Source of the DNA: an uncultured delta proteobacterium
GTDB lineage: Bacteria; Desulfobacterota; Binatia; UBA9968
DNA: 64,000 bases
NCBI GenBank assembly: GCA_963847445.1
Contig: CAWJZV010000016.1
Coordinates: 34,814-98,813 of the forward strand
Reading direction: 5' to 3'
A model generated the notes under the pieces. That model searched no databases and was not told the DNA's origin. It worked only from the letters and a program-made list of their open reading frames with translations. Below, piece after piece: positions 29,534 through 40,318 of this stretch (the first letter of the stretch is position 1; the number at the start of each line of letters is the position of its first letter). The translations under genes were made by a program, and so were the position numbers.

Positions 29534-30532
29534 ATGGCACTGCTAACCCTCGACCTCGGCTGCGGCGATTACGACATTGTCCGCCCTCTGAAAGACGGCG
29601 CCGTGAGCGCCGAAGGGCTGGAGATCAACTTCATCACCATCAACCGCCCGCCGGAAGTGCACTGGCGCATGGGCATGCACCAGGAATTCGACGCCGCTGA
29701 AATGTCCTTCGGTAGCTTCGTCGCCGGCAAAGCGCGGGGAGACTATCCGTTCGTCGGCATTCCGGCATTCGTCTATCGAAAGTTCCGCCACTCCTGCGCC
29801 TACGTCAATGTCAACGCCGGCATCGATAAACCCGAGGACTTGAAAGGCAAACGCGTCGGCATTCCCGAGTGGCAGATGACCGCCACGGTTTGGCTGCGCG
29901 GCTTCTTGCAAGACGATTACGGCGTGAGTCCCAGCGATATTCACTGGCTCACCGGCGGACTGGAATCGTCGGAACGCAAAGAAAAAGTAGCACTGAAACT
30001 GCCGCCGGAGATCAAGATTGAAAATATTCCCGCCGGCAAGAATCTCTCCGACATGTTGGTCACGGGGGAGATCGACGCGTTACTGACCGCCCAGGTGCCG
30101 GCGCCTTACGTCAAGGCGCGTCGCCCAGGTGCGCCGGTCTATTCGCCGATCCGCGCGCGGTCGAGACCGATCATTTTCGCCGCACTGGAATCTTTCCGAT
30201 CATGCATGTCATGGTGCTGCGCCAGGAACTATTCCAGCGCCATCCCTGGATCGCCCAGAGCCTTTACAAAGCCTTGCTCGACGCCAAACAACATTGCATC
30301 GATGGGATTTTCCGCAACGACGCCATTCATTCGGTCATTCCCTGGACGGCCAATCATGCCGAAGAGACGCGCCGGCTCATGGGCGATGACTTTTGGCCCT
30401 ACGGCGTCGAGGCCAATCGCCAGACTCTGGAAACCTTTCTCCGCTACGCCGCCGAGCAAGGTCTAACGCGAGCGAAAACTGAGAATTGACGAGTTGTTCC
30501 CGCGCCAAAGCCTCGATACCTTCAAAGTCTGA
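29534..30532 (+). CDS. 4,5-dihydroxyphthalate decarboxylase-like protein (frameshifts after ~30115)
   Basis: LGCGDYD, FDAAEMS, KFRHS, GKRVGIPEWQMTA, GIFPIMH, DDFWPYGVEANR. Confidence 0.78.
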
Positions 30533-30900
30533 TTTCTCCACCCCAGACCGATGTCTCTGTATCCTTTCGTTGACATTGGACGTAACCACAGTTACCGGCA
30601 GGCAACACCGGCTTCATTGTCACCGCTCGCGCTGGCGTCTGGCGTAGCCGCCTTTAACGGCGAAGCCTCCCCAAAAGTGCCCGGGGTTAATCGGTAGCCG
30701 TCGTTGTAAGTCTTTGACAACTAAATAGTTTTCTGTTCCCGGCGACTAGCACCACCAAGGGGCTCCAGGGATAGGCCACCTGGCACTTGTGACCGAATTC
30801 AAGATTCATCCCAGTTGCGCCGGTCGTCCGTGCCCCTCTGTTTGGGTCTGAATTTGGTAAAATTCACGATAGTCTGAAGCTACTGGTCACTTCCAATTCC

Positions 30901-30916
30901 CGGCACGGCTCCTGCA
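30901..30916 (+). promoter_or_regulatory. possible sigma54 (-24/-12) promoter
   Basis: CGGCACGGCTCCTGCA has GG-N10-GC spacing and follows a ~370-bp non-coding stretch. Confidence 0.5.
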
Positions 30917-31013
30917 CTATGAGAGTATTCACAAGCGGCAAACGGGGACGGAGATGAAGATACGGCTGGGAAAATTAGATCGACTCATTAAGAAGAAAAA
31001 GGAGAACCGAAAT

Positions 31014-31211
31014 ATGAAAACAATGGATAACGCCCACAGAGAAACCGAGTTACTGGCAACTGGTATTCGCGCAGAGCAAAGTAAATGGCGCCAAGCTACT
31101 TCGGCGAAGAACTTCCCGGCTGCAACTGGAGCTGGCCCACGGACACCTATCTGCAACGGCGTCGGCAACGCGACAAAGGAGTTCCAACCAAGCAGCTCTA
31201 ACATGAATTAG
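31014..31211 (+). CDS. small hypothetical protein (65 aa)
   Basis: AGGAG RBS at ~31000; flanked by the sigma54-like motif and a terminator. Confidence 0.4.
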   Translation: MKTMDNAHRETELLATGIRAEQSKWRQATSAKNFPAATGAGPRTPICNGVGNATKEFQPSSSNMN

Positions 31212-31292
31212 TTAGCCGCGTCCCGCGCTGCCTCCTTCAGCACAGCTCCCACGGGACCAGCGGCGCCACTGAGCCCCCGTCACCTCAGTGGC

Positions 31293-31330
31293 AAGAGGCC
31301 GGATTCACAAGAATCCGGCCTCTTATTTTT
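31293..31330 (+). terminator. rho-independent terminator
   Basis: AAGAGGCCGGATTC-acaa-GAATCCGGCCTCTT followed by ATTTTT. Confidence 0.8.
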
Positions 31331-31466
31331 ACCGATCAGGAGTAATAGTTTACGGCGCTAACGCACCGCTCAATTCTATTGTGGCATGGAGGATTGCCGG
31401 AGGGCGCGGGCGAGAAACGTGCCCTAACAGTCTGGTTGCCGTGAGAGGCGTCGAGAAACCCGGGTC

Positions 31467-31919
31467 CTACTTCACAGCGTCCTTGGTTGGTTTTTGCTGC
31501 TCCGGCGCCTTCGCTTTCGGGTTCGGCGTGCTTGGCTTGGTTTTAGTCTGCGGCAATTTCACGCGCCGCAGTGAGGTAGCCGCGAGCTTGCCATCTTTTT
31601 CCGAATATTGAACCCGCACACGGTCGCCCACCGCGAGCCGCTCCAACGCATCTTTGGCAGCATCTTGGGTGATGAAACTCTTATTGCCGGCTGATCCCTT
31701 GACCGATACCGCGCCGGTCTTGGTATCGACGGAAGAAATATTACCGACGAATTTTTGCTTTTTCGGCTTCTTAACCTTTGTGCTCTTCTTTTTCGCTGGC
31801 GCTGTCTTAGCACTCTCCTTTGCCGGCTCCTTGGTCGATGGCGTCTCAGCGCTAAATGCCAAGCCCGACAACAATAGCGCAAACAACGGTGCCGCCAATA
31901 GCTGGTGGATTCTACTCAT
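31467..31919 (-). CDS. exported Lys-rich small protein with an OB-fold-like core
   Basis: Signal peptide ending AFS-A; FVGNISSVD...LAVGDRVRVQY. Confidence 0.65.
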   Translation of the reverse strand: MSRIHQLLAAPLFALLLSGLAFSAETPSTKEPAKESAKTAPAKKKSTKVKKPKKQKFVGNISSVDTKTGAVSVKGSAGNKSFITQDAAKDALERLAVGDRVRVQYSEKDGKLAATSLRRVKLPQTKTKPSTPNPKAKAPEQQKPTKDAVK

Positions 31920-31974
31920 GATCGATATCCCCCAAGAGCTTAGACGCTTGGTATTGCAAACTGATGTCACGCAT

Positions 31975-33396
31975 CTAACTAAACAGCTGCTTTTTCCATT
32001 TCGCAATGACCGCCTGCTGGCGTTCCGGGCTAATATGCGCCGCCGGTGGAAACTTGTCGCGCCACTCAAAGGGCCGGCAAGCGTCGATGATCATGCGTGA
32101 GCTGAACCCCTTGCGCTCTTTAGGAATGATCGGATCGAGCGGGCCGCTCCAGCAGCGCCGGATGATTTCGGCGGAATCCACCGGATCGGCGCGGCTGCAC
32201 ATCGCCCAAAGCACATCGTTGATATCGTAGGCATCGATATCGTCGTCGACGACGACGATGTAGCGGCCGAGATAGGCCGCAGCCCTGGCATTGGCTGGCG
32301 ATCAAACCCGGCCTGGCGCGCATGGCCCGGATAGCGCTGCTTGATCGCCAGGACCGTAAGAAAGCGGCGAAAGTAGCTGGCCACGGCGGTGACATCCGGC
32401 ACGCCGGCTTTTTCCACTTGATCGCGGATATAAGCCGCGCGCAGCAGTTCATAACAGTGCTCCGCCCGCGCCGTCGGGCGATATTCCGGCGAGGCGGTAA
32501 TGATCGGATCGTGGCGATGGTACAGGCGATGGACTTTGATCAGCGGCTCGATTTTTTCACCGCTGGCGTAATAGCCGGTCCACTCGCTGAACGGACCTTC
32601 TTCTTTGCCCTGATCCGGCAGAAACTCGCCTTCGATGGCGATCTCCGCATAGGCGGGAATCGGCAGGCCGGTCAGTTCACCGGTAATCACTTCCATCGGC
32701 GCGCCTTTGATGCCGCCGACGGCATCGAACTCGCTTCGGCCATAGGGCTCGGGACGGGTGGCAAACATATGCAGCAGCGGGTCGACGCCGAAGCAGCACA
32801 CCACGGGACAGGGCTTACCGCGATCGAAATATTTCTGCCGGTGCATGCGGCCATGCTTGCCAGGAGATATGTTCATGCCCATGGTGTTGCGGTCATGAAC
32901 CATCACCCGGTAGCAGCCGACGTTGACCCAACCGTCATCGGGATCGCGGGTAATCACCACATGGCCGGTGCCGATATATCGCCCACCGTCGCGCTCATGC
33001 CAAAACGGCACGGGGAATTTGAATAAGATCGATATCGTCGCCGGTGAAAACGTTTTCTAGAATCGGCCCACTGGCAACTGTCACCGGCGGAATCGACGCC
33101 GGCTTGGCCAAGCGCTCGCGCCACGCCTGGATGAAACCGTCACGGCTGATATCGAGCGGCAAATTGGTCGTCAACGCCGATCGTTTGAGGCTTTCGAAGA
33201 AGCCCACCAGGATCCGGTAACCGGCCGGGTAATCTTTGATCTTGTCGAAGAGCAACGCCGGACTGTTTTCTTTGTGCTTGGAGGCCAATACCGACAACGC
33301 GCCGATTTCAAGATTCCAATCGGCGCCTTCAACGACTTTCAGCTCGCCCATTTCTTGGACTTTTTGAATCCACTCGCGCACGTCTTTATAGCTCAT
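31975..33396 (-). CDS. UbiD family (prFMN-dependent) decarboxylase (frameshifts ~33015 and ~32290)
   Basis: ADWNLEIG, PALLFDKIKDY, HERDGGRYIGT, NVGCYR, EGPFSEWTGYY, VLWAMCSRADP. Confidence 0.88.
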
Positions 33397-33774
33397 GCTT
33401 ACCTCTGCCCCGGTCATTTCAGCCAGAACTACGAGTTTCAATTCGGCTTTGCAAGCAGGCCTTGCTATTGCTCCTGCCAACGTTCAAGGATGAGCTACGG
33501 AACGCGCCGGCTTTATCTCATTTGCCGAGATAAAATCTGGCTGCTCCAAGAATGGGATGGAAGAAGCCGACAAAATCTTGTCGACGCCTTGGCCCAGGAC
33601 GGCTGCGCCGAAGACAGCCCGTTGCCAGCCGCCATCGACGAAGCCATGACCCTAGCGATGATCACGAATTCGATTACAAAGTCCGCCATCGTCGACTACC
33701 GCTTTCTGCGCGCGGCGGTAAAAAAAACCGTAACCCAAAAACTAGTTTCCCTGCCAGCCTTTGAGAAACAGTTT

Positions 33775-34960
33775 TCACCTATGTGGAAGTATTGCGATAA
33801 AACTCCAAAAAAAATAGAGAGTGAACACGAAACCGAGAACCGTCAGCAGTTTGAACCGCGCCGGTAACGAACCGCCATGGAATCCATTGCGCGCGATCAA
33901 AAAGATCACGACGGGTAGAAAATCCAACGAAAATCGATAGCCCAATTGGAACTGACCGTTGGAACGCCAGGCAAGCACTGTCACCAGCACAACCAGGCAA
34001 TTCACCAGAGCAACAAAAGCGAACCGGTCCAGCTTCAGCGATCCGAGATAGCATAACCAGGGCGAAAGCAGGAAGACGCTCATGCCGATGGCTTGGGTGA
34101 TGACAAACGGAAATTTGTCTGACAGGGCCGGCGGTCCGAAAAGAAACAGATTCAGGTGCGGCAACACGTTGGCGAGCGATGTTGACGGGAAGTCTCCCGG
34201 TCCCGGCGGCTGCAAACCGTATCCGGTTTCTAGAACTGAGTCGAATCGAGCAAAGTTGTATACGGCCAGTAACGCGATTGGCATGGCGAAGCCCAGCGTC
34301 AGCGACAGCAAAGCTCTTTTTCTAGCCTGGGGCTCGGTCATCAACGCTGCGGCGGCGAATAAGCCGATATTCAAACCAGCGGACAGACGGGTGGCGGCCG
34401 TCAAACCCAAGAGGAGTCCGATGACCAGCCAACGCTTCTGGCCAAGCCACTCATGCAGGGCAAGAAAAAGCAGATGGATCGCCACCACCTGGGCAAACGG
34501 CCAACTCATCGAGATCGCCGCGACGCTGGGATAAGATGACGCGCCGCAGAACGCCAGCGCTAGCCAAGTCGATTCTAGCTTTACTGCGGCCGCACTTTGA
34601 CGCTAATCGAAAAATTAGCCAGCTCGTCCAAAGCGATAGCGGCAGCGACGCATAGGCCTGGTAAAATTCAACGCCGATCCAACGGCAGACCAGCACAAAA
34701 GGCATCAGCAGCACCGCAGGGAACGGCCCCAGCGGCCAATAATATCGACCGCCGTAGAGCGCGGTGTCGTGCAAATGCTCGGGCAGCTCGACAAGCAGAT
34801 GGAGTTTTCCGGTGAGAAAAGATTCGGCCAGCCGGACGTATTGTTGCTCATGACGAACCAGCAACAAGCTACCGAACATCACCACTAGGCCCAGCAGCGC
34901 TACACAGCCGACCAAGAGCACGCGCTCCGCCGACTGGAACCGATGGAGTTGTAACCCGAT
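33775..34960 (-). CDS. multi-pass membrane protein, possibly GT-C-type glycosyltransferase (frameshift near 34550)
   Basis: LAESFLTGKL, GRYYWPLGPFPAVLLMPF, YNFARF...ETGY, GYRFSLDFLP. Confidence 0.6.
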
Positions 34961-35024
34961 GATCGACTACCGACATTTTGCGCAATCTCTATGAATTAGC
35001 GTGAGCAAGATAACCAGCGGTTCG

Positions 35025-35975
35025 TTAGCGGAGCGCTTCGGCGCCAAGGGAAAAATCGAAAACCTTCTCCAACGCGACAGGCTCTTTAATGCGCAGCGCT
35101 TCCCTGGCGGTGTCGAGAATCTCGCGCGTCGCGTCGTTGCTTAAGATCCCGGTGAGTGAAATGACCTCGCGGTCCTCGTCATACATGCGCCGCGCCATTT
35201 TGGCATCGCTGACCGCCAGTTTCTTTTGAATATAGGGAATCATGGTTTCGGGATTGTCCTGATAAAATTTTAGCGCGCGGTTCCAGCCGCGTAGGAATCG
35301 AACGATGTTGGCGCGTTTCTGTTTGATCGCCGCATCGGTCGCCACCACGCCGGTTTGTAAATAGCGAATATGATCGCGGCCGCGCGCCATGGTGCGAAAA
35401 CCGCGGTCCACCGCTAGATAAGTTGTCGGCGGCGTCACCAACCCGGCGGCGACCCGGCCACTCAAGAGCGACTGCAACCGCGCCGGCGAATCCATGCTGA
35501 GCAGTGTCACGTCTTTCTGGGCGTCGAGTCCCTTGGCCTGCAATACCCGCCGAGCGATCACCGCGGCGGTCCCCTCCAACGAGCCGACGGCGATCGCTTT
35601 GCCCTTCAAGTCGCCCGGCGTCACGATGGACGGGTGGACGATCAGGTCATGCACCGGCCGGTCGTGGGTGACGTTGACGATCTTGATCGGCAAACCGCGT
35701 AGCGCCGCCGCCAGACCGCTGCCGGCGTGGCAGGTGACATCGATCTCGCCGGACATCAAGCTGCTCAAGCCAATCACGCCGCGCACCACCAAAACTTGCA
35801 AGTCCAATCCTTCCTGAGCGAAGAAACCGCGCTCTTGGCCATAGTAAAGATGAGCGTAACTGAGCGTCGGCCCAGGAATGCTGATGTAGAAACGCTCCGC
35901 CGCCGATGCGCTTCGGCTTGCGCAAAGTGCCAGAGCGAATATCAGCCCAACGCTGTGATAGCGAATTTGCCGCAT
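35025..35975 (-). CDS. ABC substrate-binding protein, NMT1/THI5-like
   Basis: Signal peptide; RGFFAQEGL; AALRGLPIK; DLKGKAIAV. Confidence 0.85.
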   Translation of the reverse strand: MRQIRYHSVGLIFALALCASRSASAAERFYISIPGPTLSYAHLYYGQERGFFAQEGLDLQVLVVRGVIGLSSLMSGEIDVTCHAGSGLAAALRGLPIKIVNVTHDRPVHDLIVHPSIVTPGDLKGKAIAVGSLEGTAAVIARRVLQAKGLDAQKDVTLLSMDSPARLQSLLSGRVAAGLVTPPTTYLAVDRGFRTMARGRDHIRYLQTGVVATDAAIKQKRANIVRFLRGWNRALKFYQDNPETMIPYIQKKLAVSDAKMARRMYDEDREVISLTGILSNDATREILDTAREALRIKEPVALEKVFDFSLGAEALR

Positions 35976-36011
35976 ACAACCTCCTCGGATTGGGTTAGTT
36001 ATCGAAACCAT

Positions 36012-37742
36012 TTACTTCGCCGCCAACGCGGCATAAGGGCCGGCGCCATAGACAATCCGCCCGCCAACCATCGTCAGCAGTGAGCTCAAATTGCGAATCT
36101 GCTCCTCGGGCACGGTTAAGTAATCGTCATTGAGCACCGCTAGGTCGGCGAACTTACCGACTTCGATGGAACCCTTGCGTCCATCGTCCGCGGTCATCCA
36201 GGCGCTGCCGATGGTGTACAGCCGCAGGGCCTCGGCGCGGCTGACATTTTGACCGGGATCGCGAATTGCCGACCCCGCCACCGTCTTGCCCGTGATCAGC
36301 CACCACAACGACAGCATCGGCGAATAATTCGCCGAACGAAACGCGTCGGTGCCGGCGCCGACCGGAATGCCGCTGTCGAGCATCGTCCGCAGCGGCGGCG
36401 CTTGGCGCGTCTTCGCTTCGCCCCATAGCTCAATATTGCGCTCGGCGGTGAGGACCAAGCGGTCCTGCACCGCGATGCCGCCACCGAGACGCTTGATCCG
36501 CGCAAGGGTTTCCGCCGTCGCGTCTTCGAGATGGGCAAAAACGATGCGCTGGCGCGACAACGGCGTCGTCGCATGGACCTGCTCGATCACGTCCAACAAC
36601 TGGCGCGCCGTGTTGTCCTGGGTCGTGTGTAAATGAAAGCTATGACCCGCCTCGGCGAAGTAGCGCAAGATGCGGCGAAATTTCTCTTTCGCTTCAGGAG
36701 AAATCTGCACGCCTTGCGGATTCGACAAGACATCGCCGTCGCCGCTGCCGCGCACCAGCGTCTCGGCGAATCCGGCGAAGCGAAACAGCTCATGATGGCC
36801 GAGGCTTTTAATCTCCTCGGCGGCCAACTTCAATTGCTCCAACTCGTCGCCGGGCTCGTTGGGCGCGATGTAGTAGTTGACCCGCAGACTGAGATCGCCA
36901 GTGCGCGCCATGTCGGCGAGCAGGCGCCGATGGGCGAAATTTACTCCGCCGGTGTGGAGGTCGCCCACCGAAGTCACTGCCAATCGATTCAATTCACGAA
37001 AACAGTTGCGCAGACTCTGGCGCGCTTCGCCTAGAGAAAGGCGGGGGATTTTGTTGTAGGCGAACTCCCACGCCGCGACGCCTTGCAACCAGCCGGTGAG
37101 AACTCCGGTATTGGGATTGCGTTCGAACTTGCCGCCAGCCGGGTCGCCCGTCTTACTCGTAATGCCGAGCGCGGCCAACGCGGCGCTATTGAGCAGCGCG
37201 CCTTGCCGCAGGTATTGGATGTACACCGGATGATTCGGCGCCAGAGTGTCGAGTTCGTCCCGCGTCGGGAATCGCCTCTCGGCGAACTGCGTCGGCACCC
37301 AACCACCGCCGACCACGATCCAATTGCCCGGCGTTTTGCCCTTGGTCGCCGTGGCGATTTGCCGCAGGCCATCGGCGAGGGTGTGATTGAGCTCCCAGTG
37401 CAGCTCCGCGTCCCAGCTCAACCCCGCCACGGTCGCGTGAATATGCGAATCGATCAATCCTGGGATCACCGTGCGCCCGAGCAAATCGATGACGCGAGTT
37501 CCCTGGCCGATATAGTCGCGGATCTCGCCATCGCTGCCGACGGCGACGAAGCGGCCATCCCTGATCGCCACAGCTTGTTTGATCGAAAAGGCGCCATCGA
37601 CAGTGACAATCTTGCCGCCGCGCAAGACGATATCGGCGGCGCTCTTAACCGCCAGCGAGCGAGCGTACTCGGCCTCGGGCCCCGAGCAGCCGATGACAAC
37701 GAATAACAACGCGACGAGTTTCAATTTCACAGCTGATTTCAT
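36012..37742 (-). CDS. amidohydrolase_3 (YtcJ-like) protein, probable lipoprotein
   Basis: VVIGC lipobox-like; PGLIDSHIH; GTDA; GSIEVGKFADL. Confidence 0.85.
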   Translation of the reverse strand: MKSAVKLKLVALLFVVIGCSGPEAEYARSLAVKSAADIVLRGGKIVTVDGAFSIKQAVAIRDGRFVAVGSDGEIRDYIGQGTRVIDLLGRTVIPGLIDSHIHATVAGLSWDAELHWELNHTLADGLRQIATATKGKTPGNWIVVGGGWVPTQFAERRFPTRDELDTLAPNHPVYIQYLRQGALLNSAALAALGITSKTGDPAGGKFERNPNTGVLTGWLQGVAAWEFAYNKIPRLSLGEARQSLRNCFRELNRLAVTSVGDLHTGGVNFAHRRLLADMARTGDLSLRVNYYIAPNEPGDELEQLKLAAEEIKSLGHHELFRFAGFAETLVRGSGDGDVLSNPQGVQISPEAKEKFRRILRYFAEAGHSFHLHTTQDNTARQLLDVIEQVHATTPLSRQRIVFAHLEDATAETLARIKRLGGGIAVQDRLVLTAERNIELWGEAKTRQAPPLRTMLDSGIPVGAGTDAFRSANYSPMLSLWWLITGKTVAGSAIRDPGQNVSRAEALRLYTIGSAWMTADDGRKGSIEVGKFADLAVLNDDYLTVPEEQIRNLSSLLTMVGGRIVYGAGPYAALAAK

Positions 37743-38128
37743 GATCGTTCCCGACGGACGTGCGTCTACTCTCGGACCCGCATATTTGCGAGCTTCATGC
37801 GAGCGGCTGTCTGCTTCGGGCTTGAGAATTATCGCGCCATGCAACCAATGAAACAAATCCGAAATGAATATGAAATCCGAAACACAGTCAAATTAATTCG
37901 AACGGAAAACCCAAACACCGAATCCGACTCCTGGGAATTGGCATTTCGGCAATTTGAATCTGTTGAATTTCGTGCGGGCTTTGCGTGCCGAACATCGTGC
38001 AGGTGCCGCGTCTGCGCGAGAAGTTCTTTTCCGACCGCCACTCATTTGCGCTGCGCCGATGCGTTACGTCAGCTATAGTCCAGAGAAAATTTCGCCGCGA
38101 CATTGAGAACGCTCTCGCGAGGTGAACG

Positions 38129-39373
38129 ATGCAACCAGTTCAACTATTCTGCTGGCATTTCATGGCCTATCCCTATCTCGACAAGGACTTCGACAAGTCG
38201 GGACATAGCGGTTGGGTGACCATGCCCAATAAACTCTGGGACAACAATCAGGCCCGCGGCCTCTATCAAGAGTATATCGATCAGCTCGCGCTCGCCGACG
38301 AGTTCGGCTTCGACGGCATGGTCTTGAACGAGCACCATCAAAATATCTACGGATTGATGCCGTCGCCCAACATCATCGCCTCGGCGCTCACTCAGCGCAC
38401 CTCGCGCGGCAAGATCGTCATCCTGGGAAATCTCTTGCCGCTGCATTTGAATCCCATGCGCGTCGCCGAGGAGTACGCCATGCTCGACCAGATGAGCAAC
38501 GGCCGGTTGATCGCCGGCTTCGCCCCCGGCGGCGGCCCGGAGACGTTCAACTACGACGTGCCGTCGGCCAACACCCGGGAAAAATTCTGGGAAGCGGCGG
38601 ACTTAATCGTGCGCTCGTGGACCGACGACGGACCGTTCGCCCACGAGGGACGCTACTATCCGCTGCGCTATGTCAATCTCTGGCCCAAGCCGCTGCAAAA
38701 ACCCTATCCGCCGGTGTGGATTCCCGGCTCGCGCAGCCCGTCGACCATGATCGAAGTCGCCAAGCGCGGCTACTGCTATTTTCTCTCGTCGCGCAGCCAT
38801 GGCGGCGAGACCCATCGCGCCCAGCAAGAGTTCGCCAAGGTCTTGGAAGATCACGGCGACAAGTATCATCCCTTCAGGTTTGGCATTTTGATGTCGGTCT
38901 ACGTCGCCGACACCGACCAGCAGGCGCGCGCCGAGTGCGAAGAAGGCGTCTGGTATTTCTTGAAGAACTGTTTGAAGGGCCACCTGCGCAAGGAAGGCCG
39001 CCAGCTCACCTACGGTCCCGGCGTGCCCTACATCCCCGCCGCCGCCTGGCGCGAATATATGAAAGGCTACAAGCCGGGACGCAAGCTCCTGGGCGACGTC
39101 GAGAACTGGGAAGAGCTGGAAGCTTCGCAATCGATCATCGTCGGCAGTCCGGAGACCGTGACCAACCGGATCCGCGCATTGATCGAAAAAGCCAAGGTCG
39201 GCAATCTGTTGATTCAATTCCAGTTCGGCAACATGCCGGACCATCTGGCGCGCAAGAACATGAAACTGTTCGCCGAGAAAGTCGCGCCGATCCTGCGCCA
39301 CGACTCGCAGAAACAGTTCACCAAAGAATTCCCCGGCATCAACATCGAGCAATCGGCACAGGCGGTGCAGTAA
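38129..39373 (+). CDS. luciferase-like (LLM) flavin-dependent monooxygenase
   Basis: GFDGMVLNEHH, NPMRVAEEYAMLDQMSNGRL, PKPLQKPYPPVW. Confidence 0.9.
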   Translation: MQPVQLFCWHFMAYPYLDKDFDKSGHSGWVTMPNKLWDNNQARGLYQEYIDQLALADEFGFDGMVLNEHHQNIYGLMPSPNIIASALTQRTSRGKIVILGNLLPLHLNPMRVAEEYAMLDQMSNGRLIAGFAPGGGPETFNYDVPSANTREKFWEAADLIVRSWTDDGPFAHEGRYYPLRYVNLWPKPLQKPYPPVWIPGSRSPSTMIEVAKRGYCYFLSSRSHGGETHRAQQEFAKVLEDHGDKYHPFRFGILMSVYVADTDQQARAECEEGVWYFLKNCLKGHLRKEGRQLTYGPGVPYIPAAAWREYMKGYKPGRKLLGDVENWEELEASQSIIVGSPETVTNRIRALIEKAKVGNLLIQFQFGNMPDHLARKNMKLFAEKVAPILRHDSQKQFTKEFPGINIEQSAQAVQ

Positions 39374-40188
39374 TGAGCGGTCGCATCTTGGAAGTGAACG
39401 GCAGAAAAGTTTGGCTCCTGGAAAACGGCAGCGGCGCGCCGCTGCTTTACTTGCACGGCTTTGCCGACGTGCACGCGGTCAAAGAGAGTTGGCTGCCGTT
39501 TCACGAACAGCTGGCGAAAAGCGCGCGCGTCATCGCCCCCGCTCATCCCGGCTGCGCCCAGAGCGATGAGAACAAAGACATCGATATTATCGAAGACGTG
39601 GTCTTTCACTATCTTGAAGTCATCGATGCCTTGAAGCTCGACAAGTTCGACCTCGTCGGCCACTGCCTCGGCGGCTGGATCGCCGCCGAACTCGCCGCGC
39701 GCCATCCGGAGAAAATCCGCAAGCTAGTCCTGATCGGCGCCTCCGGCCTGTTCGTCGAAGGCGCGCTGATCGGCGACATCTTCATGAACGCCCAGCCCGA
39801 GTTCGGCGAAAGCTATGCCACCCTGCGCGAAATGCTCTTCGCCAGCGCGACGCAGGCCAATGCTCTGGACATGTTCCCCGACGGCAAAGGCGAGATCGAA
39901 GACGAAGTGCGCCGCTATCAAATGCTCCGCCTCAGCTCGCGCATCGGCTTCAAGCCGCCGTACTTTTACAACCGCCCGCTCAGAAACCGCCTGCACCGCA
40001 TCACCTCCCCCGCGTTAATCATCTGGGGTGAAAAAGACGGCTTCGTCCCGCGATCTCATGGCGAGACTTATGCGAAGCTGATTCCCAACAGCGGTGAATT
40101 GAAAGTGATCGCTGGCGCCGGACACAGTGCGCATGCGGAGAAGGCGGAGGAGACGGCGAAGTTGGTGGCGGATTTTCTCGCGAACTAG
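39373..40188 (+). CDS. alpha/beta fold hydrolase (Cys at the nucleophile elbow)
   Basis: TAATG overlap with the LLM gene; LHGF, VGHCLGG, WGEKD, AGHSAH. Confidence 0.85.
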   Translation: MSGRILEVNGRKVWLLENGSGAPLLYLHGFADVHAVKESWLPFHEQLAKSARVIAPAHPGCAQSDENKDIDIIEDVVFHYLEVIDALKLDKFDLVGHCLGGWIAAELAARHPEKIRKLVLIGASGLFVEGALIGDIFMNAQPEFGESYATLREMLFASATQANALDMFPDGKGEIEDEVRRYQMLRLSSRIGFKPPYFYNRPLRNRLHRITSPALIIWGEKDGFVPRSHGETYAKLIPNSGELKVIAGAGHSAHAEKAEETAKLVADFLAN

Positions 40189-40318
40189 CCAGTCTGCGAT
40201 TCTCGTTCACGAGCTTTTTAACGAACCGAAAACTAAATCCATCCTGAGTAACGTTGGAATTCAGCGGCTGCCATAGGCGGTCCGATGGAACGAAGGGTTA
40301 GCCCGCACTACGGCAGCA

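Noticed and set aside
30540-30900. tRNA-Sec or a riboswitch in the long intergenic region
   Set aside because: I could not identify a cloverleaf, a UCA anticodon arm or a known aptamer consensus by eye.
38617-39372. 523-aa ORF as a long N-terminal extension of the hydrolase
   Set aside because: It overlaps the LLM gene in another frame; the real start is ATG 39373.
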